Assembly (NCBI GenBank): GCA_026388155.1
Contig: JAPLKI010000006.1
Span: 68,401-132,400 of the forward strand
Reading direction: 5' to 3'
Length of the DNA: 64,000 bases
Source: Elusimicrobiota bacterium
GTDB lineage: Bacteria; Elusimicrobiota; Elusimicrobia; Elusimicrobiales; UBA9959
Numbering within the stretch: the stretch's first letter is position 1; the number at the start of each line of letters is the position of its first letter. The notes beneath the pieces are model-generated. The model saw only the letters and a list, made by a program, of their open reading frames with translations, had not been told where the DNA came from and made no database searches. The position numbers were made by a program, and so were the translations under genes. This document shows, in pieces, positions 37,171 to 47,683 of this stretch.

Positions 37171-38331
37171 ATGAAACTGCTTGAATACGAAGGCAAGGAA
37201 ATTTTTGAAAAGTACGGCCTGCCTCTGCTAAAAAGGATAGGCGTGCTTAAAATAGGCGATAACCCGGAAAAACTGAAGTTTGACGGCCAGGGCCCCTGGG
37301 TAATAAAGGCCCAGGTGCTGGCCGGGGGCCGCGGCAAGGCGGGCGGCGTTAAAATAGCCAACACCGCCGACACGGCGCGTGAGCTGGCGCAAAAAATGCT
37401 CGGGATGCAGCTTATAACGCACCAGACACAGGGGCGCGCGCTTACGGTGGAGGAAGTGCTGGCGGAAGAAGCCTGCGACATTGAAAGGGAAATTTACATT
37501 TCAGTGGTGCTTGACCGCAAGGAGGGTGTGCCGGTGGTCATCGCGTCGGCCGAGGGCGGCATGTCCATAGAGGAGCTTGCAAAAACCCGGCCCGAACTTA
37601 TAATTAAAACGCCCGTGGACCCGGATTGCGGCCTGCTTGACTTCCAGGCGCGCGAACTCGCCTTTGGCCTGAAAATGCCGGCGGGCGTGTTCCGCGAATT
37701 TACGGAACTCGCTAAAGCCCTGGTGCGGCTGTTCATTGAGCAGGACGCAAGCCTGGTTGAAATAAACCCCCTTGCCATAACGCGCGCAGGGAAGCTGACG
37801 GCCATAGACTCAAAGATAGTGACCGACGACAACGCCTTTTTCCGCCATAAAGAACTGGCCTCAAAACCGGACCATGAGACCTCGGAAATTGAGAAAGAGG
37901 CCAAGGCCATAGGCATAAACTATATCGGCCTTGACGGCAATATAGGCTGCATGGTGAACGGCGCCGGGCTCGCCATGGCTACCCTTGACACAGTGAAACT
38001 TGCCGGCGGCAACGCGGCGAACTTCCTGGACGTGGGCGGCGGGGCCACGGTGGAGCAGATAACCAAAGCTTTCCAGATAATATTGAAGGACGAGAAGGTA
38101 AAGGCGATACTCATCAATATCTTCGGCGGCATAATGAAATGCGACAATATAGCCGCCGGCGTGGTTGAGGCCTCAAAAAAAGTGAGCATAGGCGTGCCGC
38201 TCGTTGTGCGGCTTGAAGGCACCAATGTGGAGCAAGGCAGGGCGATACTAGCCGCGTCAGGCATAAAAATAGAGCAGGCCGGTTCGCTTTGGGAAGCCGC
38301 GCAGAAAGCGGTGGGCGCAATCAGAGGCTAG
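37171..38331 (+). CDS. sucC: succinyl-CoA synthetase beta subunit
   Basis: MKLLEYEGKEIFEKYGLP…, ATP-grasp, GGRGKAGGVK; ends with TAG. Confidence 0.9.
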   Translation: MKLLEYEGKEIFEKYGLPLLKRIGVLKIGDNPEKLKFDGQGPWVIKAQVLAGGRGKAGGVKIANTADTARELAQKMLGMQLITHQTQGRALTVEEVLAEEACDIEREIYISVVLDRKEGVPVVIASAEGGMSIEELAKTRPELIIKTPVDPDCGLLDFQARELAFGLKMPAGVFREFTELAKALVRLFIEQDASLVEINPLAITRAGKLTAIDSKIVTDDNAFFRHKELASKPDHETSEIEKEAKAIGINYIGLDGNIGCMVNGAGLAMATLDTVKLAGGNAANFLDVGGGATVEQITKAFQIILKDEKVKAILINIFGGIMKCDNIAAGVVEASKKVSIGVPLVVRLEGTNVEQGRAILAASGIKIEQAGSLWEAAQKAVGAIRG

Positions 38332-38406
38332 CGGATAGCGTAGAGGGGATTAGGGAAGGAGTTCTTTACCTTCCCCAACCCCTCGCCTCTAACCCCTAGC
38401 CGCTCG
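38328..38406. repeat. Family-A element copy A7 in sucC-sucD intercistronic gap
   Basis: ctagcggatagcgtagaggggattAGGGAAGGAGTTCTTTAccttccccaacccctcgcctctaacccctagccgctc. Confidence 0.6.
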
Positions 38407-38442
38407 AAATTCACATTTTTGGTTATTCAAGGAGATAAAAAT

Positions 38443-39369
38443 ATGTCAATTTTACTTAACAAGAACAGTAAACTTATAGTGCACGGGCTTACGGGTTCGC
38501 AGGGCTCGTTTCACGCCCGACAGTGCCTGGATTACGGTTCAAAAATAGTGGCGGGCGTGACTCCCGGCAAGGGCGGCACTGAGCATTTGGGCGTTCCGGT
38601 GTTCAACACAACGCGCGAAGCGGTGAAACAGACGGGCGCCAATGTTTCGCTGATCTTTGTGCCGCCGCCGTACGCCGCGGACTCCATACTGGAAGCCTGC
38701 GACGCCGACATTAAGGTTATTATCTGCATTACCGAGGGCATACCGGTAATGGACATGGTAAAAGTTAAAAGCCGCCTTAGAAGGCTTAACGCCGAGGGCG
38801 CAAATATAACCCTGGTGGGCCCCAACTGTCCCGGTGTAATAACGCCCGGGGAATGCAAGGCCGGGATAATGCCGGCCTACATACACAAGAAGGGTTCCGT
38901 CGGAGTAGTGTCGCGCTCCGGCACGCTTACTTACGAAGCCGTATGGCAGCTGACCTGCAACGGCCTTGGCCAGTCCACGGTGGTGGGCATAGGCGGCGAC
39001 CCCGTGCAGGGCATGAATTTCGTTGACACGCTCAAACTTTTCCAGAACGACCGTCAGACCAAAGCCGTGGTAATGATAGGCGAAATAGGCGGCGCGGCCG
39101 AAGAAGACGCGGCGCGCTATATTAAGGACTGCATGACCAAACCCGTGTTTTCCTTTGTGGCGGGAAAAACCGCCCCCCCGGGGCGCCGCATGGGCCACGC
39201 GGGCGCCATAGTGGAGGGGAATGCGGGCACGCACGCCTCTAAAGTGGAAGCGCTTAAAGCCGCGGGTGTTACGGTGGTTGAGAACCTGTCCGAAATAGGC
39301 GCGACCGCGGCCGCCGTACTTAAAGCGAAGCCAAAAACGGTGAAGCAGATCCATGATAAAAAAGTATAA
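38443..39369 (+). CDS. sucD: succinyl-CoA synthetase alpha subunit
   Basis: CoA-binding GxTGxxG (HGLTGSQGS), phospho-His loop (…SRSGTLTYE…); GGAGA RBS before ATG 38443. Confidence 0.9.
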   Translation: MSILLNKNSKLIVHGLTGSQGSFHARQCLDYGSKIVAGVTPGKGGTEHLGVPVFNTTREAVKQTGANVSLIFVPPPYAADSILEACDADIKVIICITEGIPVMDMVKVKSRLRRLNAEGANITLVGPNCPGVITPGECKAGIMPAYIHKKGSVGVVSRSGTLTYEAVWQLTCNGLGQSTVVGIGGDPVQGMNFVDTLKLFQNDRQTKAVVMIGEIGGAAEEDAARYIKDCMTKPVFSFVAGKTAPPGRRMGHAGAIVEGNAGTHASKVEALKAAGVTVVENLSEIGATAAAVLKAKPKTVKQIHDKKV

Positions 39370-40279
39370 GTTTGAAAACAACCAGCTGGTTTTATCGGAA
39401 ATCAGCGCCTCGCCGGTTCTGGTCGTGATAAACCCGAACGACGACGAAAAACAATGGCTGGTGGAGAATTTTAAGCTGGACGAGCACAACCTCACTTCCG
39501 CCTTTGACCCCGAAGAGCCCTCCCGTCTTGAATTTGAGCCTGACCATCTTGAGCTGATCTTAAAGCGCCCCAAGAATTATTCCTCAAAAGACCACTTTCT
39601 GTTCAAGGTTTCCTCCATGGGACTGTTCCTGTTCAAGGACAAGCTCATTCTGGCTCTTTCCGAAGACATAAACATGTTCTCCGGCAAATATTTCAAACAT
39701 GTCGCCGGGATACGGGAAGTTTTTCTGAAACTCATTTACAATTCTATTTTTCATTTCATGGAACACCTCAAGGCCATCAACATGATAGCCGACGAACTGG
39801 AGAACAAGATAAATTCCTCCATGGAGAACAGGCATTTGCTGAACCTGTTCACCCTGGAAAAAAGCCTGGTTTACTACCTTAACGCCACAAACGCGAACGC
39901 CTATGTGATAGACCGCCTTAAGCATAACGCGGAAAAGATCGGCTTCTCGCCGCGCAGCCGGGAATTTCTGGACGACATCTTAATTGAGAACAACCAGTGC
40001 ATGCGGCAGTCTGAAATTTATTCGAGCATTCTCGCCGGTCTTATGGACGCCCGGGCCTCCATAGTCAGCAACAACCTCAATGTGATGATGAAAAATCTGA
40101 ACGCCGTGGTTATAGCCGTGGCGGTGCCGAGTTTCTTCGCCGGGGTGGGCGGAATGTCCGAGCTCTGCACGGTTACCGGCATAGCGGACCCGCACCTGGC
40201 CTTCCTGGCGTTTGTGGCCGTTATGACCGTCATAGGCCTGCTAACTTATTACATCATCAAACGCATGGAAAAACATTAA
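39353..40279 (+). CDS. CorA-family divalent cation transporter (GMS variant of GMN motif)
   Basis: cytoplasmic domain + two C-terminal TMs, …FAGVGGMSE… loop; overlaps sucD end by 17 nt. Confidence 0.55.
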   Translation: MIKKYKFENNQLVLSEISASPVLVVINPNDDEKQWLVENFKLDEHNLTSAFDPEEPSRLEFEPDHLELILKRPKNYSSKDHFLFKVSSMGLFLFKDKLILALSEDINMFSGKYFKHVAGIREVFLKLIYNSIFHFMEHLKAINMIADELENKINSSMENRHLLNLFTLEKSLVYYLNATNANAYVIDRLKHNAEKIGFSPRSREFLDDILIENNQCMRQSEIYSSILAGLMDARASIVSNNLNVMMKNLNAVVIAVAVPSFFAGVGGMSELCTVTGIADPHLAFLAFVAVMTVIGLLTYYIIKRMEKH

Positions 40280-40282
40280 AGG

Positions 40283-40385
40283 AACAGCGGATAGGGGCTA
40301 GGGGCGAGAGGATCAGGGGAGGAGTTTCTTAATGCGGAAATAAGGGACTCATTCCCTAAGCGCCAACCGCTATACGCTATCCCCT
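40283..40385. repeat. Family-A element copy A8
   Basis: gcggataggggctaggggcgagaggatcAGGGGAGGAGTTTCTTAatgcgg…ccgctatacgctatcccc. Confidence 0.55.
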
Positions 40386-40396
40386 TTCTTTCATCT

Positions 40397-41833
40397 ATGG
40401 AAAAAGTATTCATCGTCAGCCTTGGCTGCCCGAAAAACCTCACGGACGCGGAAGTGATGGCGGGGGAACTGCTGGCCGCCGGCTACGAACTGACCGGCAA
40501 CGAGGATAAAGCCGACATCGCGCTGGTAAACACCTGCGCTTTTTTAAGCTCGGCCGCTCGCGAATCCGAGATGGAGCTTGAGCGCTTTTTGTCGCTTAAA
40601 AAGCGCGGCAAACTAAAAGCCGTGGTAGCCGCGGGCTGCCTTGGCGAACGCCTGCAGGGCGACATTCTAAAGCGTTTCCCCGGACTTGACGCCGTGGTAG
40701 GGATAAACGCACTGAACAAAGTCGTTTCGGCCTTACGGGAGAAAAAAGCCCGCCTCCCCCCGCCTGAAGCCAGGCTTTATTCGCCAATTTTCAAGGCCCG
40801 CCTTACAGCCCCGCACAGCGCCTACCTTAAAATAGCCGACGGCTGCGACAACCACTGTTCCTACTGCCTGATACCTTCCATACGCGGGCGCTTCCGCTCA
40901 AAACCGCTGGAAGCCGTTATTGAAGAGGCCAAAAAACTGGTTTCGAGCGGCGCCAAAGAAATTTCACTTATAGCCCAGGACACCACTTCCTACGGCGCGG
41001 ACCTCTACGGCAGGCCTAAACTGTTCGAACTGCTGAGAAGCCTGACAAAAACAGAAGGCCTTGAGTGGCTCAGGTTAATGTATGTTTACCCGGAGCGGCT
41101 CACAAAAAACACTTTGGCTTTAATGCGCGACCGCGGCAACATCTGCCATTACCTGGATATGCCGCTCCAGCATATCTCGGACGAGATATTGAAAAAGATG
41201 AACCGCCGTTCCTCGGAGCGTTCCATAAAGCGCAAGATCAGCGAGATCCGCGCTTTAGTGCCGGGCATAGCGCTCCGCACGAATTTCATAGTCGGATTTC
41301 CCGGCGAAACCGGCAAAGACTTCGCCCGGCTTGAGAAATTCGTCAGGGAAGCCCGTTTTGACAACCTGGGCGTGTTTAAATATTCACAGGAAAGCGGCAC
41401 CTCGGCCGCCTCTTTCCCAGGACAGGTCGCCGACGAGGTGAAGACGGAGCGTTTTAATTCTTTAATAAGCACACAGAGCACGGTGATAGACGATATCAAC
41501 TCAGGCCTTAAAGGAAAGTCTTTCAAGGTTCTGATGGATTCCCATATTTTCGGCCGCACATACCGCGACGCGCCGGATATTGACGGAAAGGTGGAAGTGA
41601 TAACGGACGCCATAAGCCATAAGGGCGCCGCGCCCGCCATAGGCCATATGCCAGAGGCCATAAACCGTAAGAAAACTCCTGAAAAGCATATAGCGTACGG
41701 CTTAAAGCCTATGGCAGCCTTTTATGGCAGCGCGGGAGGAACTCCCGTGCTGAAGGCGGGGGATTTTGTGACGGTTAAGATAACGGGCGCGTCGGGCTAC
41801 ACGCGCAGGGGAATAATCACGAAAAGGAATTAA
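40397..41833 (+). CDS. rimO: ribosomal protein S12 methylthiotransferase (radical SAM MTTase) with C-terminal extension
   Basis: MTTase N-domain Cys (LGCPKN, NTCAF), radical SAM CSYCLIPSIRG, TRAM-like C-term. Confidence 0.8.
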   Translation: MEKVFIVSLGCPKNLTDAEVMAGELLAAGYELTGNEDKADIALVNTCAFLSSAARESEMELERFLSLKKRGKLKAVVAAGCLGERLQGDILKRFPGLDAVVGINALNKVVSALREKKARLPPPEARLYSPIFKARLTAPHSAYLKIADGCDNHCSYCLIPSIRGRFRSKPLEAVIEEAKKLVSSGAKEISLIAQDTTSYGADLYGRPKLFELLRSLTKTEGLEWLRLMYVYPERLTKNTLALMRDRGNICHYLDMPLQHISDEILKKMNRRSSERSIKRKISEIRALVPGIALRTNFIVGFPGETGKDFARLEKFVREARFDNLGVFKYSQESGTSAASFPGQVADEVKTERFNSLISTQSTVIDDINSGLKGKSFKVLMDSHIFGRTYRDAPDIDGKVEVITDAISHKGAAPAIGHMPEAINRKKTPEKHIAYGLKPMAAFYGSAGGTPVLKAGDFVTVKITGASGYTRRGIITKRN

Positions 41834-42036
41834 AATTGAAAGCCGTAAATCCGGCCGTGACGCCCGCCGACATAAAAGATTTTGCACGCAAATCCTTACA
41901 TTTAAGGAACAGCTTACGGTATTACAAACCCGGTGGATAAGCCGGATCCGCCGGAGTTTGTATTAAAGAACGGTCAAATAAAGTAGAATCGACATTCGTA
42001 GTGGTTTAAACAACTCTCTGTAAAAAAGGCTTTATA

Positions 42037-43581
42037 ATGCTTATCGCTTTCATGCGCAAACTCCGCATAGTCACACTGGTAGCGGCTATCTCTGTCTGCG
42101 TCTATTTTATAGCCCGGGTGATACTATTCTCCTACTCGGATTACACAAGGCTGGAAAAGCTCTTCGGCCTGTTCCTGCTGCTCGGCGAAACCTATATACT
42201 GGTGCACGCCTTCGGCTATATGATGAACGTCTTCACGCTGACCTCCTGGCGAGGCGAGCCCAAACTGGTAAAACCGGAACCCGGCCAGGAACCGTCGGTG
42301 GCCATAGTGGTGGCGGCAAGGCACGAGCCAAAAGAAGTGCTTGAGGGCACTATAATCACCTTCCGCAACGTGGATTACCCGAATAAGACCATCTACTTTC
42401 TGGACGACTCCTCGGAACAGGCATACAAGGAGGAGGCCGACGCTCTGGCGCGCGATCACGGGATAAAAATATTCAGGCGCGAAGCGCGCCACGGCGCCAA
42501 GGCCGGCATAGTCAACGACTTTCTGCGCGGCATGACCGAGAAATATATAGCCATCTTCGACGCGGACCAGAACCCGATGCCTGATTTTCTCAATGAAATA
42601 GTCCCGATACTTGAAGGGGACGAGAAACTGGCCTTCGTTCAGACTCCGCAGTTCTACACGAACATCGGAGAAAGCCCCGTGGCAAAAGGAGCGGCCATGC
42701 AGCAGGCCATCTTCTACGAGACCATCTGCGAAGGAAAGAACGCCACTGGCTCCATGTTCTGCTGCGGCACCAATGTGATTTTCCGCAGGGAAGCGCTGCT
42801 GGACGTGGGAGGTTTCGAGGAGGAATTTATTACCGAGGACTTCGCCACCTCCGTGAATCTGCATATAAAAGGCTGGCGTTCCTGGTACCACAACCATGTG
42901 GTGGCTTTCGGACTGGGCCCCGAGACCCTGCCGGCCTATTTCAAGCAGCAGGCCCGCTGGGCCGGCGGCACCATTAGCGTTTTCCGCAAACTGCTCAGCA
43001 CTCTTTCCAGACACCCTTTCAGCCTTTCCCCCGCCCAGTGGTGGGAATATATGCTCGCCGGCACCTATTATTTCGTCGGGTGGGCATTCTTCTTTCTGAT
43101 GATCTGCCCTATAGCCTACCTGCTTTTCAATGTCCCCTCGTTTTTCCTGTATCCCCAGATATATCTTGCCGCTTACATACCGTATTTCTGCCTGACACTG
43201 CTGATATTCTTCGGGACGATGAAGGAGCGGCATTACAACATCAAGCAGATCTACTACGGTCTTATACTCGGCTCTCTCTGCTTCCCGCTGCTTATGCGGG
43301 CCGCCGTATACGGCCTGCTTGGCAAACGCATGACATTCGTGGTGACAACAAAAGGCAAGGCCGAAATAATGCCGCTATCGGCCCTTTGGCCCTACGGCGT
43401 GATGCTGGGACTCAATATTGCGGCTTTCGCTGTAGGCCTGACGAAGTTCAGCCATAATCCCTACCCGGTGGGCGCAAACATGTTCTGGGTCGCCTATCAC
43501 CTTTTTATACTCTGGAATATTTTCTTTTTCAACCAGCTGCCGGTGCTTGGCAGGGAGGAAAAAGCGAAATGGCGGGCCTGA
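42037..43581 (+). CDS. processive family-2 glycosyltransferase (cellulose/chitin/hyaluronan-synthase-like), membrane-embedded
   Basis: D, DxD (FDADQ), QTPQFY, FCCGTN, ED…TS, QQARWAGG (QxxRW); TM helices at both ends; no PilZ domain. Confidence 0.8.
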   Translation: MLIAFMRKLRIVTLVAAISVCVYFIARVILFSYSDYTRLEKLFGLFLLLGETYILVHAFGYMMNVFTLTSWRGEPKLVKPEPGQEPSVAIVVAARHEPKEVLEGTIITFRNVDYPNKTIYFLDDSSEQAYKEEADALARDHGIKIFRREARHGAKAGIVNDFLRGMTEKYIAIFDADQNPMPDFLNEIVPILEGDEKLAFVQTPQFYTNIGESPVAKGAAMQQAIFYETICEGKNATGSMFCCGTNVIFRREALLDVGGFEEEFITEDFATSVNLHIKGWRSWYHNHVVAFGLGPETLPAYFKQQARWAGGTISVFRKLLSTLSRHPFSLSPAQWWEYMLAGTYYFVGWAFFFLMICPIAYLLFNVPSFFLYPQIYLAAYIPYFCLTLLIFFGTMKERHYNIKQIYYGLILGSLCFPLLMRAAVYGLLGKRMTFVVTTKGKAEIMPLSALWPYGVMLGLNIAAFAVGLTKFSHNPYPVGANMFWVAYHLFILWNIFFFNQLPVLGREEKAKWRA

Positions 43582-43624
43582 CAACAACTTCGGCGTTCGC
43601 GCAAAAGACGACGGTTGAACTGGC

Positions 43625-43681
43625 GCTTTAAACCCCGCACTTTGGCCGTTTCGGAAAAAGTGCGGGGCAAAGGGAGGAGAG
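43625..43681 (+). promoter_or_regulatory. Family-B hairpin copy B4 fused to SD (…AAGTGCGGGGCAAAGGGAGGAGAG-ATG)
   Basis: ccccgcactttggccgtttcggaaaaagtgcggggcaaagggaggagagATG. Confidence 0.5.
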
Positions 43682-43924
43682 ATGGGCGTTGAAAAAGCAG
43701 AATTAATAAAAATGCTGGAGGAGGCCTTCTTTTTGGAAGAGCAGGCCATGCCGATATACAGCCGCCACCTTAAGACCGCCCTGTTCTGGAGAGGTCTCAA
43801 CGCCGCCACGCGGGAGCAATTGCGCATACAGCTGGGCATACTTGAAAAGGAATCCAACCGGCACGCGAAAGTGCTCGGTGAGATGAAAAAGAAAATTGAG
43901 GAGGACAAACGGAATGTTTTCTAA
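43682..43924 (+). CDS. small helical protein, half of a possible split ferritin-like four-helix bundle (E…ExxH)
   Basis: 80 aa; EEAFFLEEQ … EKESNRHAKV. Confidence 0.35.
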   Translation: MGVEKAELIKMLEEAFFLEEQAMPIYSRHLKTALFWRGLNAATREQLRIQLGILEKESNRHAKVLGEMKKKIEEDKRNVF

Positions 43925-44144
43925 AGAAGACTACATCAAGTACTTCCTCCAGATAAGGAAAGTGGAGCTTACCATGCGGGATAAATTCCTTGGCTATTCC
44001 CAAATCGTGGACGACCCGAAATTAAAGAAATTTTTTTTCGGCCTGCACCGGGAAGAGAACGCCCATTACAAGATAGTGACCGGCATGCTTGAAACTTTTG
44101 GTTATAAGGAAACACAGGGCGGGCCGGAAGGAAACCTTAAATGA
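43914..44144 (+). CDS. small helical protein, second half-ferritin-like partner (E…ExxH)
   Basis: 76 aa from MFSKEDY; …HREENAHYKIV; overlaps previous gene. Confidence 0.35.
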   Translation: MFSKEDYIKYFLQIRKVELTMRDKFLGYSQIVDDPKLKKFFFGLHREENAHYKIVTGMLETFGYKETQGGPEGNLK

Positions 44145-44941
44145 AAACCTTCCGCTATTTTGACTGCGGCATATTTAAAGCACTGATCCTGTTTTCATCC
44201 CTGCTTTTTGCCAACGGTCCCGGCTTCGCCTTTTCGCCCACAGGCTACCCCGGAGCAGTATGGATGCTGTCAGGCAGGGACACAAGCGGTATAGACGGGA
44301 CCAACACCCAGGGCATGGTCAGGCAGGGCGTTGAACTGCTGCGCCTCAGCGGCGGGCGGAGCCTGCAGGTTTACGGGCGCTATAACTGGCGGTACAGAAA
44401 TATAAATCAGGATTATTATAACGCTTACACCCCGTATGTCGGGACAATGTTTTCATTCAAGCGCCTGGACCTGGGCGCCGAGTTCGGCTGGCCGCGCTAT
44501 ACCGCGCTCTCCAACAGCAGCAGGGATTATAATATATTCGCCAACTGGTCCCGATACTGGGGACTGAAGGAATGGAGCAGGGACTCACTGATAAAGGCGC
44601 TTCCGTTCTCTACCTGGGGAAACGCGTCCTACGACCTGGGCAACCAGAACGGCTCTTCCACGATGGGCTGGGCAAAACTGGAGGCGGACCTGTTCTGGCT
44701 GCCGCACAACTTTATGGCGGGCCCGTACGCCTCGTATAACTGGCGCCTGCGCACCCGCAACGCGGATTATTTTAACATCAATGAGGTTTGCGCCGGCTTT
44801 GAAATAGGCAACGGCGAGATAGAACTTGGCACGCAATACGCGTGGCGGCGGTATCCGAAGATCAACCAGCGGGATCGCGGCCTTGAACTTTTTATCACCA
44901 TTTATAAGGCCTGGGACCTTAAGCCTAAAAATTCCCGTTAA
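44141..44941 (+). CDS. hypothetical W/Y/N-rich exported protein (possible outer-membrane beta-barrel)
   Basis: N-terminal hydrophobic segment; alternating aromatic pattern; last gene of GT2 operon. Confidence 0.35.
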   Translation: MKTFRYFDCGIFKALILFSSLLFANGPGFAFSPTGYPGAVWMLSGRDTSGIDGTNTQGMVRQGVELLRLSGGRSLQVYGRYNWRYRNINQDYYNAYTPYVGTMFSFKRLDLGAEFGWPRYTALSNSSRDYNIFANWSRYWGLKEWSRDSLIKALPFSTWGNASYDLGNQNGSSTMGWAKLEADLFWLPHNFMAGPYASYNWRLRTRNADYFNINEVCAGFEIGNGEIELGTQYAWRRYPKINQRDRGLELFITIYKAWDLKPKNSR

Positions 44942-44956
44942 GTTAACCTTCCCCGG

Positions 44957-46540
44957 CTATCTGCGGGCGGCCTGTCTGAAATCCTGGGGGGACGGTATGG
45001 CACCGGGCGGAATTCCAGCATACGCCGGCAACGGCGACCACTTCCCGTCTTTCTGCTTGTAAATATACCCAAGCCCCAACCTCATCACGGCGGCATTTTC
45101 ATTTTCCGCCATAAAATCAGTGCCGGGTATTTCCGAGGCGATAGCGGCGGGCTTGCCTGCGTCTTTGGTATAGGGGTTATGCCGCAGGAATTCAGCGACA
45201 AGCCACGACAGTGCCTGAAGACTTGCGGGTTTGGTTATTACCTGCGGCTTTACGGTGTCCGCGTAAAAACTTTTTCCGATCAATTTCACGGCGAACGGTA
45301 AGACGACTATGGACGGAAGCGGGATTTCCCTGACGTCTTTTGCCTGCATTTTGGTGCCCGACAAAGCCGCGCCGTGTTCCGGCACGAATATAACCACCGC
45401 ATTGCGGCCTGATCTTTCCACCTCCAGGAAAAACTCTTCCAGCTGCGCCGTCATCTCGGTAAGCCTCTGTCTGTAGGAGGCAGCGTCGTCCGGCCCCCTG
45501 GAACCGCCGGCCTTATGCGTGCCTATATGAAGATTGGCGGTATTGTAATAAAGCGCGGCCCGCGGCGCCTTGGAATCTTCCCTGGCCTTCCAGAATTTAT
45601 GCAGCGCCGCATTGTCGGCGTAGAGAGGCGTACCGTCGAACATCTGGTATTCCACCGGCAGGCCCGCTATGCCTAGTGGCGCGTCCGCGTGGCCGTATTT
45701 TTGCACACCCGCGGAAAAATCAGCGTACACACCGTCATGGCTGAACATCGTGTATGTCTTAAAGCCAAGTTCCCGCAGGTTGTCCATAAGATAACAGCTG
45801 GCGGGGGCGGCGGCATAAAGCTGCGGGTGCGGCATTTGTCCGCACGAAGATCTTAAAACACGCAGTGCCGCCGGCCCGCTATAGGAGCAGGCCGCGCTGA
45901 AATTGGTGAAAACATAATCAAATTTAGAAAGGAACGGCATCAGGTCGGAGCCTGAATCTTTAATATCCTCCCATGACAGCGAGCAGATGTGCAATATAAG
46001 CACGTCAAAAGGCGGGGAGTTTTTTGCGGGCGGAGAGAATTCCACTACCCTGCCGCTTTCCTTTTTATAGAAAGCCTCAGGCGACTCGCTGCCCAGATCC
46101 GGGATAGTCCGCTTAGGCTGCATGACCCACGCCGCAGTAAGGATACAATAGGCGGACATGGCAAGCAGCACATACTTTTTGCGGGAAGCTAACAGCGTTA
46201 TCGCAAAAAGAACGATCCCGGCCGAGAGCATCCATAAACTTATGGATTGCCGGACAAATTCCATAACATACTGCATTGACGGACGGGTAACGGGATCCGC
46301 CAGAAAGGAAACAAGTTTAGAGACTGGAGGCAGATAAGATTCCCGCCATAGCAGGGCGAGCGCCGCAACCGGAACCGCAACCGCTTTAAGGCCGGTAATA
46401 AGGCGGGGTTTTGAGAAGACCGGAGGGACCGGCAGATGCACGATAACCGCGAGCGCCGCCGTCAGGAATATGTCCAGGATGATATACCCCGAAAAGGAAA
46501 GCGCAGCCGCCGCAAATAAGTACCAGTACCAGAAGATCAT
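44957..46540 (-). CDS. membrane-anchored alkaline-phosphatase-superfamily protein, BcsG-like phosphoethanolamine transferase candidate
   Basis: 4-5 N-terminal TMs then sulfatase-like domain with ICSLSWEDI motif. Confidence 0.5.
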   Translation of the reverse strand: MIFWYWYLFAAAALSFSGYIILDIFLTAALAVIVHLPVPPVFSKPRLITGLKAVAVPVAALALLWRESYLPPVSKLVSFLADPVTRPSMQYVMEFVRQSISLWMLSAGIVLFAITLLASRKKYVLLAMSAYCILTAAWVMQPKRTIPDLGSESPEAFYKKESGRVVEFSPPAKNSPPFDVLILHICSLSWEDIKDSGSDLMPFLSKFDYVFTNFSAACSYSGPAALRVLRSSCGQMPHPQLYAAAPASCYLMDNLRELGFKTYTMFSHDGVYADFSAGVQKYGHADAPLGIAGLPVEYQMFDGTPLYADNAALHKFWKAREDSKAPRAALYYNTANLHIGTHKAGGSRGPDDAASYRQRLTEMTAQLEEFFLEVERSGRNAVVIFVPEHGAALSGTKMQAKDVREIPLPSIVVLPFAVKLIGKSFYADTVKPQVITKPASLQALSWLVAEFLRHNPYTKDAGKPAAIASEIPGTDFMAENENAAVMRLGLGYIYKQKDGKWSPLPAYAGIPPGAIPSPQDFRQAARR

Positions 46541-46653
46541 AATTTACCCGTGAACCACGCACTTTTTCCCAAGAGGCAGGGGAAACCGCTACGGCGGTGC
46601 CCGCCAGTCGCGGACAACGCCATAGGCCCGCGACAGGCCCGAGGCACTGTGGG

Positions 46654-47658
46654 TCAATCCCCGGAAGGGGTCCCGTCAAAGTGCGGGGTAAACAGCCATT
46701 CCAGGCTTTTATCCGAACACTCAAAACGCCCGGCGCCACAGGAACCATAAAATTGAGCGCGCATTTCGTCAGAAGAAAGTGCCCAGTCGCGCTCCTTGTT
46801 GATGTTAAACCAGATAACAGCCTTTACCGCCGGAAATCTTTTCCCGATGGAACCCAGCAGCCGCCCTATCCATAGAACCTTGTCGCCGCCGTTTGAGCAG
46901 GAGGCTGTTTCGGTCAAAAAAACCGGTTTTAAAGGAAACGCCTTTACCGTCCTCTCATAGGCCGCGCCGAACATTTTCCAGGGCTTTACCCATTTCTGCC
47001 AGGTCTTTTGGCCGCCGCCCCAGTTATAGGCGTCTATGCCTATTACATCGGCGCAGTCGTCGCCCGGATAGTAATTTTCAAACCGGTTCCATGCTTCGGC
47101 GGGAACATCTTCCGCGTTAACGGAAAAAACGAATTTAGCGGTTACATTGTTCTGGTTTAAAAATATCTTCCGGACCCGGCGGAACGCTTTTACATAAAGC
47201 TCGGGCGCCGCATTTACGCCCGACCAGCCGTACCAGTCGCTGTTAGGCTCATGCCCGAACCGTATAAACACCGGCCCACCGCCGGCTTGCCTGGCGAAAC
47301 GGGCTATATAAGCGTCGTATTTGCCGCCGGCTATGGCCGGCAAAAGGGTGTCGCGCCTGAGGTCTTGAAGATACGGCTCCCATGTTATCATCGGGACCGC
47401 CCCGGAAGCCCGTATAGCCTTTACCGCCGATGCCGGGAAAGAGGTTTTCCAGTTTATATAAATGTTGCGGATGCCGGCTTTTTCGGCTGAAATAACTCCG
47501 GTCGGCTCGGATACCCCGATAACACAGACCGGATATTGTTTTTCCATTTCGGTTTTCCGGCGAAAAAGCTCAGGACTCTCCTTGCGAAGGATAAAAAAAG
47601 CCGCCGCAGCGGCGATAATAACTGCGGCGACTGCGGCTTTTATCCACTTCATGATCAT
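46654..47658 (-). CDS. glycoside hydrolase family 26-like (beta-mannanase/endoglucanase-type)
   Basis: signal peptide; FGHEPNSDWYGW block typical of GH26 catalytic acid region. Confidence 0.5.
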   Translation of the reverse strand: MIMKWIKAAVAAVIIAAAAAFFILRKESPELFRRKTEMEKQYPVCVIGVSEPTGVISAEKAGIRNIYINWKTSFPASAVKAIRASGAVPMITWEPYLQDLRRDTLLPAIAGGKYDAYIARFARQAGGGPVFIRFGHEPNSDWYGWSGVNAAPELYVKAFRRVRKIFLNQNNVTAKFVFSVNAEDVPAEAWNRFENYYPGDDCADVIGIDAYNWGGGQKTWQKWVKPWKMFGAAYERTVKAFPLKPVFLTETASCSNGGDKVLWIGRLLGSIGKRFPAVKAVIWFNINKERDWALSSDEMRAQFYGSCGAGRFECSDKSLEWLFTPHFDGTPSGD

Positions 47659-47683
47659 TCCTTATAAACCGGCTGCGGCGTGG

